From contig JAHDEJ010000028.1 in assembly GCA_020628865.1 (NCBI GenBank), positions 398 to 64,397 of the forward strand: a stretch of 64,000 nt of DNA, given 5' to 3'. The position numbers were made by a program, and so were the translations under genes. This DNA comes from Acidimicrobiales bacterium (GTDB lineage: Bacteria; Actinomycetota; Acidimicrobiia; Acidimicrobiales; SHLQ01). How positions within the stretch are numbered: the stretch's first letter is position 1; every line of letters begins with the position of its first letter. Below the pieces are notes generated by a model. That model saw only the letters and a program-made list of their open reading frames with translations, was not told where the DNA came from and did no database searches. This document shows positions 29,730 to 39,357 of this stretch, one piece after another.

Positions 29730-30532
29730 CCATCGATGCAGGCTTCGCCGCTGCGGAGGCAGCCCGCCTCGACGAGGCTGAGCGGTCAGCCGCACAGATG
29801 CGCCAGACCACCGAGGAGCGGCCCGATCTCACCATCGACGACGCGTACCTGATCCAGGCCGCGTGGAAGGACCTGCGACTTGCCCGCGGCGAGAAGATGG
29901 TCGGCCACAAGATCGGCCTCACCAGTCGGGCCATGCAGGCAGCCATGAACATCACGACACCGGACTCCGGCTTCCTCACCGATGCCATGGTGTTCGCACC
30001 CGACAGCGAACTCGACGCCGCAACCTTCTGTGATCCGAAGCTCGAGATCGAGCTCGCCTTCGTGCTCGCCGAGGATCTTGCCGGCCTGGACCTCACGGTC
30101 GACGACGTGCTCGACGCCACCGACCACGTGACGCCATCGGTCGAGCTCATCGCAGCCCGATCCTTCCGACGTCACCCCAGTACCGGCCGCACGCGGACCG
30201 TCGTCGACACGATCGCCGACAACGCGGCGAACGCCGGGATCGTCAACGGCGGCCGACAAGTGGGCCCCCGAGAGGTCGACCTCCGCTGGGTGAGTGCACT
30301 GGGCTACCGCAACGGCATCGTCGAAGAGACCGGTGTGGCCGCCGGCGTGCTCGACCATCCGGCCAACGGCATCGTCTGGCTGGCCCGTCGCTATGCCGAG
30401 CAGGGGCTCACGCTCGAGAAGGGGCAGACAATTCTGGCCGGTTCGTTCACCCGTCCGATCGACGTGCGAGCCGGCGACCATTTCCGATTCGACTACAGCG
30501 AACTCGGCAGCTTCGAGCTGTCGTTCCGCTGA
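29726..30532 (+). CDS. hpaH: 2-oxo-hept-4-ene-1,7-dioate hydratase
   Basis: GHKIGLTSRAMQ, EIELAF, DTIADNAANAG, EETGVAAGVLDHPA, LAGSFTRP. Confidence 0.9.
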   Translation: MTIDAGFAAAEAARLDEAERSAAQMRQTTEERPDLTIDDAYLIQAAWKDLRLARGEKMVGHKIGLTSRAMQAAMNITTPDSGFLTDAMVFAPDSELDAATFCDPKLEIELAFVLAEDLAGLDLTVDDVLDATDHVTPSVELIAARSFRRHPSTGRTRTVVDTIADNAANAGIVNGGRQVGPREVDLRWVSALGYRNGIVEETGVAAGVLDHPANGIVWLARRYAEQGLTLEKGQTILAGSFTRPIDVRAGDHFRFDYSELGSFELSFR

Positions 30533-30559
30533 CGCGACCGGAACACGAGGGGGGAACAC

Positions 30560-31846
30560 ATGGCCGACGAAGGCAACAGCTACCACCAGGCGCCAAGCGG
30601 AAAGGTGGCCGCGCCAGCGGGGTGCCCGGTGAACCATTCGTGGTCGCCGCTGAACGACGACTACCTGGCCGACCCCTACCCCATCGCCAACCAACTTCGC
30701 GAGGAGGGGCCGATCTTCTTTGCCGAGGAGCTCGGCTACGTCGTCATCACCCGCATGGAGGACATCCTCGAGGTGTTCACCAACCCGGATGTGTACGCCT
30801 CGACGAATGTGCAGGATCCCGTCTTTCCCATCGGTGCCGGAGCAGCCGATGTCCTGGCTGCGCCCGACTTCGATCCGGTCGCCGTCATGTCGAACCGGCC
30901 GGAGCCCGACCACGGCCGCATCCGAGTGCACACCCGCGCCGGGTTTTCCCGCCGCCGCCTGAAGACGCTGGAGCCCTACATCGTTCGCCGCAGCCACGAG
31001 CTGATCGACGAGATGCTCGCCGGCCCGCAGCCCACCGAGTTCATCGACGCGTTCGCCTTCCCGCTCCCGGGCGAAACGGTGTTCCGGTTCATCGGTTTCC
31101 CCGAGGCCGACGACGAGCTGCTGAAGAACTGGTGCAGCGATCGAAAGGCGTTCTCCTGGGGCAAGCCGACCGAGGACGAGCAGGTGGAGATCGCCGAGAA
31201 GATGCTTGCCTACTGGCGGTACTGCCGCGAGTTCACGGCATCGAAGCGCGACGAACCCGGCGACGACTTCGCGTCCGAGCTCGTGGCCGCCCATCTCGCC
31301 AACCCCGACGACATCACCTACCGGGAGGTCGAGTCCGTCATCTACGGCCTGTCCTTCGCCGGCCACGAGGCGGTCACCAACCTCATCTGCAACTGCCTGC
31401 TGTCGCTCCTCCCCCGCCGCGATCAGTGGGACCAGCTCTGCGCCGACCCGACCCTCATTCCGAATGCGGTGGAAGAGGTGGTGCGGTTCGAATCGAGCCA
31501 GATCTCGTGGCGCCGGGTCACGACACAGGCCACGACGCTGGCAGGGGTCGACATTCCGGCAGGCACACCGATCTTCATGAACTTCGCCTCGGCCAATCGC
31601 CAGCCCGACCTGTTCGACGACCCGGACACGTTCGACATCCACCGCCAGAACGCGGCCCACAACATCAGCTTCGGCAAGGGCATCCACTTCTGCCTCGGCG
31701 CGAACCTCGCGAAGCTCGAAGCCCGCCTCGTGCTCGAGACGCTGTGCGAGCGGGTGCCGACGCTCCGACTCACCGAGGGTCAGGACATCTGGTCGTCGCC
31801 GAACATCACGTTCCGCGGCCCGGAACAGCTCCTGGTGGAGTGGTGA
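30560..31846 (+). CDS. Cytochrome P450 (CYP116-like heme domain, no fused reductase)
   Basis: EEVVR (ExxR), FGKGIHFCLG heme ligand, C-terminal PNITFRGP..L.VEW. Confidence 0.93.
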   Translation: MADEGNSYHQAPSGKVAAPAGCPVNHSWSPLNDDYLADPYPIANQLREEGPIFFAEELGYVVITRMEDILEVFTNPDVYASTNVQDPVFPIGAGAADVLAAPDFDPVAVMSNRPEPDHGRIRVHTRAGFSRRRLKTLEPYIVRRSHELIDEMLAGPQPTEFIDAFAFPLPGETVFRFIGFPEADDELLKNWCSDRKAFSWGKPTEDEQVEIAEKMLAYWRYCREFTASKRDEPGDDFASELVAAHLANPDDITYREVESVIYGLSFAGHEAVTNLICNCLLSLLPRRDQWDQLCADPTLIPNAVEEVVRFESSQISWRRVTTQATTLAGVDIPAGTPIFMNFASANRQPDLFDDPDTFDIHRQNAAHNISFGKGIHFCLGANLAKLEARLVLETLCERVPTLRLTEGQDIWSSPNITFRGPEQLLVEW

Positions 31847-31907
31847 GTTCAGGTCGGCGATCCGACGCCGCCGTCGCGCCCCAGCATCGCTGAGTACGAT
31901 CATCAGA

Positions 31908-33080
31908 ATGGCGAAGGACACGATGGCGGTCGTGAGATTCCAACCTTCTGATGAGAACGATCTCGTCCGAGAGACGACTGCCCTCCTTCAGGCCGGGTTC
32001 GACGTCGACGTCATCTGCGTCGCCCGACCGAACGAGCGTCGGACGGAAGTCCGGTCCTTCCCTGGGCCAGGCCCGGAATCGTCGACACTCACGATCCGAC
32101 GCCTGCGCATCGGCAAGAGCCGAGGCTCGATCGCGAGCTACCTGTGGCAGTACACGGCGTGGCTTGTCGGCGTCACCTGGTTGCTGATGCGGCACGGCTT
32201 GGTCCGCCCGTATCACGCAGTGCAGATCACGACGCTCCCCGATCATCAGGTGCTCGCTGCCCTCCCGGCTCGGATTCGTGGCACCCGACTCGTGGTGTTC
32301 TTCAAGGAACCGGCCGAGCAACTCTTCGACACGCTCTTCGGCGGCACCGTGTCTCGCCTCGTTGCCCTCACGACACGGCTCGCGTGTCGCACCGCGGACC
32401 ACTGTCTGTGTGTCACCGAGGCCCATCGCCAGCAGCTGATTGCGAGCGGTGCACCTGCCACACGCATCGAGGTGATCGGCAACGCCACCGCACCCGACCG
32501 ATGGCCGGACGTACCCGCCGAGGCCATTCCGCCGGACCATTTCGTGGCCGTCTGCCATGGCACGATCGAGGAGCGATGGGGACACGAGGTGATTCTTCGG
32601 GCCGCCGCTCGGGTCGGCCGAGAAACGGATCGCCTACGCGTGGTCTTCACCGGAACGGGCGGGTTCAGCCCCCGGGTGGGCGAACTGATCCGCGAGCTCG
32701 AACTCGACGACGCCGTGGAGAATCGAGGCTGGGTGAGCGAGCCCGACCTCTCCGCCCTGCTCCGCCGCGCCGACGTCGGCCTGGTCGCGCAGCTTCCGTC
32801 GCCGTATTCGAACCTCGTGCACACCGGGAAGATGTACGACTTCTTCCAGCTCGGCGTACCGGTGATCGCTTCCGATCTCGCGGCCACCCGGTCCGACTTC
32901 GACGGCTGTTGCCGCTTCTACCGTGCGGATGCGCCCGAGGACCTTGCCGCCGCCCTGCTCGACTTCATCGCCGACCCCGAGTCGGCGGCCGCCTACGCCG
33001 ACGCCGCGACGGCCCGCCTCGACACGATGGGCTGGCAGGCGCTCGAAGAGCGCTACGTGCGGGCCGTCGCCGGCTCCTGA
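31908..33080 (+). CDS. GT4 glycosyltransferase
   Basis: ADHCLCVT, HGTIEERWG, KMYDFFQLGVPVIASD. Confidence 0.85.
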   Translation: MAKDTMAVVRFQPSDENDLVRETTALLQAGFDVDVICVARPNERRTEVRSFPGPGPESSTLTIRRLRIGKSRGSIASYLWQYTAWLVGVTWLLMRHGLVRPYHAVQITTLPDHQVLAALPARIRGTRLVVFFKEPAEQLFDTLFGGTVSRLVALTTRLACRTADHCLCVTEAHRQQLIASGAPATRIEVIGNATAPDRWPDVPAEAIPPDHFVAVCHGTIEERWGHEVILRAAARVGRETDRLRVVFTGTGGFSPRVGELIRELELDDAVENRGWVSEPDLSALLRRADVGLVAQLPSPYSNLVHTGKMYDFFQLGVPVIASDLAATRSDFDGCCRFYRADAPEDLAAALLDFIADPESAAAYADAATARLDTMGWQALEERYVRAVAGS

Positions 33081-33122
33081 CAGGCTCTGGGCCACCGCGC
33101 CTCGGCGACAGCGGGGGCGAGA

Positions 33123-34298
33123 TCAGAAGCCCGGCGTTTCCCATCGCCGTGCCTGCAGCTCGCCGTCCACGAGGTCGAGGTAGTCGAGCGCAGCTGCATC
33201 GAGCCAGCTTCCGCTGAACCAGGCCCCCACGCAGCCATCGACATTGCCCGCCACACCGCCGGCGAGCCAGGAGAACCCGCCTTCGTAGCATGTACGGAGC
33301 CAGGCCAATGCGTAATCCACTCCGAACGCGGTCGAGAGCGCAGAACGTGGATAGGTGCCGAGGTGCACGCTGCCCTTCACCTGCAACAAGCCGTAGCTCT
33401 GATGACACGGACGGGGCAGACCGAGCTGTGAGCAGGCCACGGCGTCGGTCGTTTCGTCGCCGAGCGTCGACATTCGCCAGCTCGACTCGACGACCGCACG
33501 GGCCATCGTGAGATCCTCATCGAATCCCCACTTGCAGGCGCCCCAGCGAAGGATGTCGATCGTCGTTCCGCTGAACGACCCGTCCACCCGGGGTGAGTAG
33601 CGGGTGTTCCACTCGGGATCCGCTCCATCGACGTTGACGAGAGGACCGCCCGTCGCCCCGTTGGGCTCCAGATTCTCCGGGCGGTGTTCGACACCGGTAC
33701 TGAGCGATCGAACCTGCGCAGCGCACTGCCGGCTCGTCGGCAGCGGCGACCCCGGGGGCAGCTGGGCGAAGTAGCCGGAGTTGCAGGCTGTCGCGAATTC
33801 GGCGGAACACGTGTTGCGACCCTGGGCGTCGACGGCCGTGTCGACACCGGCGCCGCCGATCAACGTGTCGTCGGCGGACCCTCCTTCGAGCCGGTCGCTG
33901 CCCGCCGACCCGCGAACCGTGTCGCGGCCTCCGCCACCTTCGAGATGGTCGGTGCCACGTCCGCCATTCAGAAAGTCTCGACCCGATTCACCCATGAGGA
34001 CGTCGTTGCCCGCGCCACCATTGAGCCGATCCACACCCTCGCCTCCGCAGATCACGTCGTTCCCGGCACCACCCGAAATGCGGTCCCGTCCCCCCAAGCC
34101 GGCGATGACGTCGTCGTTCGGCGTGCCACTGATCCGGTCGGCTCCGTCGGTGCCCACGATCGTCGCGACCTTTCCCGCGCAGAGGGGGATGTGATCGGCG
34201 GCCAGTTCGGCCGGAGCTCGGAGCGAGAGCACGCCGGCGACGATCGCCGCCGCCCCCATCATCAGAACCACGGATCGCAATCGCCTCATCGGTACCAC
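33123..34298 (-). CDS. Secreted RTX-repeat protein with C-terminal lysozyme/transglycosylase-like domain
   Basis: Signal peptide, GGxGxD repeats; ARAVVESSW..SYGLLQVK..VGAWFSG. Confidence 0.65.
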   Translation of the reverse strand: MVPMRRLRSVVLMMGAAAIVAGVLSLRAPAELAADHIPLCAGKVATIVGTDGADRISGTPNDDVIAGLGGRDRISGGAGNDVICGGEGVDRLNGGAGNDVLMGESGRDFLNGGRGTDHLEGGGGRDTVRGSAGSDRLEGGSADDTLIGGAGVDTAVDAQGRNTCSAEFATACNSGYFAQLPPGSPLPTSRQCAAQVRSLSTGVEHRPENLEPNGATGGPLVNVDGADPEWNTRYSPRVDGSFSGTTIDILRWGACKWGFDEDLTMARAVVESSWRMSTLGDETTDAVACSQLGLPRPCHQSYGLLQVKGSVHLGTYPRSALSTAFGVDYALAWLRTCYEGGFSWLAGGVAGNVDGCVGAWFSGSWLDAAALDYLDLVDGELQARRWETPGF

Positions 34299-35279
34299 CT
34301 ACCCGAAGTTCCGATACAGCAGGGCGCCGGCGTCGGCGGCGACATCGTGTGGAACCCCTTCGCGAGTGAAGAGCCGAGTCAACTCACCGAGCAGCCGCCC
34401 ACCCGCCGCCGCGTGCGGGTCGATGGATGCGGACGGGTTCCAGTGCAACGAGACCAGCGGCCGCTCCTCGGTTGCGAATGCGCGCTTGAAGTGGAGAAGC
34501 CCGGGCTGGTCGGTGTCGCTCCGACCGAGATCCATCGACGCGCTCCCCACCTCGACCGCATGCCGGCAGCCCGCAGCGAGAAGGCCGGTGGCCGGTCGCT
34601 TCGGAACATTGAGCGACGCGCTGAACTTGTAGTACGTCTGCGACCCGTGGGTGAGGAACACTGCCCCGGCCACACAGACACCGTCGCGATGGGCGCTCAC
34701 GACGACGAGATCATCGCCGAAGCGTTCGTGCAGGCTCCGGAAGAAGTCGAGGGGCTGGGCAAGCATTCCGAACTTCGTTCGCCGGAGGTCGACATGCAGC
34801 GAGTGGAACACCTCGAGGTCGGCCCAGCACGAGGAGACTCTGATCGTCGTTCCGTCGCGCTCGGTTCGACGAACCTTCGTGCGGAATGCAGTGGTGCGGG
34901 TCGCAAACCACTCGTCGAATCCCTCTCGGAGATCGATGCCGTGCCACACCACCTCGCCTTCCGACCGGTCGAATACCTGATCGGACAGTGCGAGTTCGTT
35001 CCGGAACGGCCGGAGCACCACGGGCGCGTCGTGACACATCAGCTCGTCTCGGAACTCGGTCCAGCTCGCCGCACGGTCGATGTGGGGGTCGGCGAAGTCG
35101 GAGAACGGGATCGAGACGACCCGACGCCCGCGAACGTCGTCGAGGATCGAGTACCAGGCGCGCTCCGTTCCGTCCTCCGAACGCCATTCGCGAATCGTCA
35201 GGTCGAAGCCGTCTTCGACGGCACCCCGCCACCGCGCACTCTCGAAGAGCAGCTCGGCGTCGTCAATGGGCGAGATCAT
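34299..35279 (-). CDS. GNAT (FemAB-like / CelD-BcsL) acyltransferase
   Basis: SIPFSDF, YYKFSAS, DLGRSD..GLLHFK. Confidence 0.8.
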   Translation of the reverse strand: MISPIDDAELLFESARWRGAVEDGFDLTIREWRSEDGTERAWYSILDDVRGRRVVSIPFSDFADPHIDRAASWTEFRDELMCHDAPVVLRPFRNELALSDQVFDRSEGEVVWHGIDLREGFDEWFATRTTAFRTKVRRTERDGTTIRVSSCWADLEVFHSLHVDLRRTKFGMLAQPLDFFRSLHERFGDDLVVVSAHRDGVCVAGAVFLTHGSQTYYKFSASLNVPKRPATGLLAAGCRHAVEVGSASMDLGRSDTDQPGLLHFKRAFATEERPLVSLHWNPSASIDPHAAAGGRLLGELTRLFTREGVPHDVAADAGALLYRNFG

Positions 35280-37666
35280 GTCGCACCTTCCTTCGCCCGC
35301 AGCGACCCTACCGTGTCGATGACACACCGGAGGTCGCGCCGAAGGCCGGCGGTTGCGACGTAGTCCAGATCGAGCTCGAGCATCGTGTGCATCGACAACT
35401 CTTCGCGACCCTGCGACTGCCACAGACCGGTGAGTCCGGGCAGGGCAACGAGGCGTCGCCGCAGGCGGGACTCGAACAGCTCGACCTCCCAGATGAGCGA
35501 CGGTCGGGGGCCGACGATCGACATCTTGCCTCGAAGGACGTTCACGAGCTGGGGCAGCTCATCGAGTGAGGTTCGCCGGAGGAACGCGCCGATGCTCGTC
35601 ACCCGACTCGCGTTGAAGCTCTTGCTCGGTGGTGCCTGGCCGAGAATCTCGAGCCGGTTGTGTGCCCGAGCAGCCGCATCGTCGGATCCGGTGGTCATGG
35701 TTCGGAACTTCAGCATCTCGAACGGCAGTCCGCCCCGACCGATCCTGATCTGACGGAAGAGCGCGGGACCGGTGGACGACCGACGAACCGCCACGGCGAT
35801 CGACAGGAACAGCGGCGCAAGCACCAGGAGGCCGGTCAATGCGAGCGCGACATCGAACGACCGCTTCCACCGGGGTGTGGAGTGTGTCAGGTCGAACCGA
35901 ATCGGGAGGGGGCCGGTGGGCTCCGCCAATCGACTCATCCGCGCGTCCGTCACGGGAACACGGCTTCGTTCGAGGTCCCGGGCTGCGCGTGCCAGCCGAC
36001 GCAGGGCGCCCGCATCGTCGATCGTCGTCTCCGGTGTCGACAGGGATCGGAATCGGAGCGACCCCGCCATCAACATCACGGCGCGCCACGCAAGAGCTTC
36101 GGCCGCCGGATCCTCTGCGAACAACGGCGTGGCCAGTCGACCGTGGAGTCCGTCGTGGCAGCGGATGACCTCCAGTCTCGTCGCGGCAATGACGTCACCA
36201 CCGTGGTTGACCATCACGGTGAAACCGGCCGCCGGATCCCCGGCGATTCCTGACGCAGCCGGTGCGCTGCTCGACCCTGTCCGGCGCGAGCGCAGCGCAA
36301 CCACTCGGCGGTCGAGCTCGCCCCCCGACTCAGCGATCTGCAACCGGGCGAGCATGGGCGCCGGATTTGTCGGCCCCCGCAACACATCGAGCCAGCTCTC
36401 GGTCTCGCGTTCCGACGCCCGCAATGCGGGAGAGGTGCACGACACCGTCATGGCGAGCAGCACGTAGAAGACATCGGCCCCGCCTCGCAACGTCAGATGC
36501 GGGTCGAGCAACAGCAGGACGGCCATGACCGCGACGGCGATCTGGGTGCTGGGTGCCACCGAAGCTCCGCCCGGATCGGACGGTCGAACGGCGCGCGCAG
36601 TACGCCACGAGACGGTGAGCATCCAGCCAGCAGCGAGGAGAAGCGGCACTCCCCCGACCCAAAGCAGCCACAGATAGCCACTCTCCAGATAGACCGACTC
36701 GCGCCACGTGTCGGGAGGAACGATCACGGCGTCCGGGCGCACTCCGAGCATCCAGCCACCGTCTCCCAGCTCCGGGAGGAAGAGCCTCGTCACATTCACC
36801 CATCGGATGACCCAGCTCTCGGGTAGCCCCCAGACGTTCTGTGTGTCGGCAAGGCGAGCCGCCAGCACCGGACGGAGTACGAGCGCTCCGGGTATCGCCA
36901 ACACCGCCAGCAGGCGCAGGACATCCATCGTTCGTCGATGGATGAGGGCGACCGTACCGGCAACGACTCCGAGCCCGATCGCAGAGCTGAACTGTCCCGA
37001 TGCAACCGCACCGACCAGGAGCACTGCGCTCGCCGCCAGCCAGCCGGACGACCGCCGTACGGTTGCCAGTGTGACGGCGATGCCGAAGGCAAGCACGATG
37101 TACGCGCCGGTCGCGATCGGGGAACCGAGCGTGGTGCTCCCCCGGCGATCGGCAACGAATCGCGCCTCCTCGGCCGTGCTCACGAACCACCTCGAGAGGA
37201 CATCGAGGACAGGTGCGACCCGCAGCACCTGCAAGAGCCCGATCGCGCTGAGGACGATGCCGGCGAAGACGACCGCTCGGAGAACCGCATGCATGTCGGC
37301 CACCCGTTCGACTGCGATACGGGTGACGAAGTACAGCAGTGCGTACTTGATCAGCGGGAAGGCCGACAGAAGGTTCTCCTGGTCGACCGGTGTGCCCCGG
37401 GCCGTCATCCAGAGAAGCGGCAGGGCCGAGCCGGCCAGGGCGAGAAGTCCGATCGCCACATCGAGCTTCGCAATCGAAACGACGACGCGACGGCCGTCCA
37501 TCCACGCTCTCCAGAGCATGCCGACGACGCCGGCCGTGACGACCAGCAACACCAATTCGGACACCCGAAGCAGTGGCACTGGTCGACCCCGGGGAATTCC
37601 TGCAACCAGGGGCACGACGACGACATAGGCGACGATCAACATGGCGGGCCCTCGGACACCGATCAT
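35276..37666 (-). CDS. Polytopic membrane domain fused to priming sugar phosphotransferase
   Basis: About 10 TM helices, then KRSFDV, FRQIRIG, KFRTM, LRRTSLDELPQLVNVLRGKMSIVGPRP, PGLTGLWQ. Confidence 0.85.
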   Translation of the reverse strand: MIGVRGPAMLIVAYVVVVPLVAGIPRGRPVPLLRVSELVLLVVTAGVVGMLWRAWMDGRRVVVSIAKLDVAIGLLALAGSALPLLWMTARGTPVDQENLLSAFPLIKYALLYFVTRIAVERVADMHAVLRAVVFAGIVLSAIGLLQVLRVAPVLDVLSRWFVSTAEEARFVADRRGSTTLGSPIATGAYIVLAFGIAVTLATVRRSSGWLAASAVLLVGAVASGQFSSAIGLGVVAGTVALIHRRTMDVLRLLAVLAIPGALVLRPVLAARLADTQNVWGLPESWVIRWVNVTRLFLPELGDGGWMLGVRPDAVIVPPDTWRESVYLESGYLWLLWVGGVPLLLAAGWMLTVSWRTARAVRPSDPGGASVAPSTQIAVAVMAVLLLLDPHLTLRGGADVFYVLLAMTVSCTSPALRASERETESWLDVLRGPTNPAPMLARLQIAESGGELDRRVVALRSRRTGSSSAPAASGIAGDPAAGFTVMVNHGGDVIAATRLEVIRCHDGLHGRLATPLFAEDPAAEALAWRAVMLMAGSLRFRSLSTPETTIDDAGALRRLARAARDLERSRVPVTDARMSRLAEPTGPLPIRFDLTHSTPRWKRSFDVALALTGLLVLAPLFLSIAVAVRRSSTGPALFRQIRIGRGGLPFEMLKFRTMTTGSDDAAARAHNRLEILGQAPPSKSFNASRVTSIGAFLRRTSLDELPQLVNVLRGKMSIVGPRPSLIWEVELFESRLRRRLVALPGLTGLWQSQGREELSMHTMLELDLDYVATAGLRRDLRCVIDTVGSLRAKEGAT

Positions 37667-39357
37667 GCGTCGGCGCCCTCTCCGAGTTCGGCGACGATGT
37701 CGCGCCAGTCTCGACCGAAGCGAGACGTCACCCACGAAGTGGACAGGAAGATCACGACGAAGAGGCCGGCCAGGGCCGGCGTGGACGCAGCGGCGCCGCC
37801 GATGTTCGATGCGCCGCGCACCCCGACGACCAGCGCACCCGCCGCTCCGGCGGCGACGACCACAGCGGCCGCGCTGCGACGCAACAGGGTTGTCGCCGAC
37901 GAATCGACCAGCGAGGAGTGGGCGACGCCAGTCGCCACGAGGTCGCCGACACTGACGACAAGACCCAGACCGAGCAGGAGCATCGGCCCCTCCATGGACG
38001 CAACGACGATCGGCAGACCCACCGCCGTGCACACGGCTCGAACGACCGACGATCGGCGGATGCCGGCCAGGTGCTCGGCTGCCATCGACGACTGCCGCAC
38101 CACCTCGAACAGCGCATTGCACGCAGCACCAACACCGAGTCCGAGAATCGCCAGCCCGAGCATCTCGACGGCGCCAGGGTCGTCGAAGCGGCCGACGGCG
38201 ATCAGGGCCGCCAATTCCGAATGCAGGGAGACCATCGCGGCCCCAGCGGGTATGGCCACCCACCCCGCCAACGCGAGCGCGGCCTGGTACCGCCGCACCT
38301 GCCCCGGCGACCGCGAGGGCTGACGAGCGAGGGCGGGAAGCGCAGCGGCGGCGACAGGCCGGCCGGCCAACGCCGTCGGGAGGTGGTAGCCGAGATAGGC
38401 GATCTCGAAGCTCTGCACACCACCGACGCCGGCGAATGTTGCGGCGACCACCAGCAGAAGACTCTGCGCCGACACGACCGTCGACCACCCGAGCGACTCG
38501 CGGATCGGTGCCACCAACGATCGGACGTCGTCATCGCGAACCTCGAAGCCGAGCCGGATTCGGCCGACGGCTCGACGGGCGCCGATGTACTGGATCAGCA
38601 GATGGGCGAGCACTGCAATCCACGAGCCCCCGACGAGCCAGAGCAGTGTGGCGGTGCTCGGAGAAGTCACGTCGGAGTTGAGACCCACCACGACCACCGT
38701 GCCGATCACCCCCAGGTTCTCGAGGATCGACGCCATCGACGGAAGGAGGAACTTCGATCGGGAATGTTGAATGGCCACCAGCACACTGATCGCCCCGTAG
38801 ACGACGGTTTGGGGGATGATGCCGAGGAGAAGGATGGCAGCGATGCGTCGAGCTTCGGGCCCGACCTCGGAGTCGTAACCGCTCGTGAACAGGTCGGCGA
38901 GCACCGGCACGAAGAGAACTGCCCCGACGCCGACGATTGCCAAGCCCGCCACGCAGAGACCCAACGCGTTCGCCCGGAGCCGATCGGCCCGTTCGTGCTC
39001 CCCACGATCCTCGGCCCGTACCAACGGCGGGACGAGAATCGAGCTGATCGCCGAACCCGCGACGATCATGAAGAGTGTCGCCGGCAACGCATTGACCGCG
39101 ACGAACAGGTCGCCGACGAGTGTCGGTCCGAGCACCGCGGCCGAGACGACGACCCGCACCAGTCCGGACAGACGACTCGACGCAGTCCCGACGGCGAGGA
39201 CCGCCGATGACGACACGACCGACGGCCGCTCGCCCGTACTCGACCCCGACCCCACGGGGATCAGCTCGTTCGACGAAGCTGGATCTGGCGACGCCGCACG
39301 ATCCGCCCCACCAGGAGCGCCGGAATCAGCGCAATGAGCGCACCGGCCGCCGCCCAT
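37663..39357 (-). CDS. MurJ/MviN-like (MOP) flippase (true start probably about 100 bp inside the ORF)
   Basis: SRLSGLVR, NALP, LVP, many TM helices. Confidence 0.8.
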   Translation of the reverse strand: MGGGRCAHCADSGAPGGADRAASPDPASSNELIPVGSGSSTGERPSVVSSSAVLAVGTASSRLSGLVRVVVSAAVLGPTLVGDLFVAVNALPATLFMIVAGSAISSILVPPLVRAEDRGEHERADRLRANALGLCVAGLAIVGVGAVLFVPVLADLFTSGYDSEVGPEARRIAAILLLGIIPQTVVYGAISVLVAIQHSRSKFLLPSMASILENLGVIGTVVVVGLNSDVTSPSTATLLWLVGGSWIAVLAHLLIQYIGARRAVGRIRLGFEVRDDDVRSLVAPIRESLGWSTVVSAQSLLLVVAATFAGVGGVQSFEIAYLGYHLPTALAGRPVAAAALPALARQPSRSPGQVRRYQAALALAGWVAIPAGAAMVSLHSELAALIAVGRFDDPGAVEMLGLAILGLGVGAACNALFEVVRQSSMAAEHLAGIRRSSVVRAVCTAVGLPIVVASMEGPMLLLGLGLVVSVGDLVATGVAHSSLVDSSATTLLRRSAAAVVVAAGAAGALVVGVRGASNIGGAAASTPALAGLFVVIFLSTSWVTSRFGRDWRDIVAELGEGADA

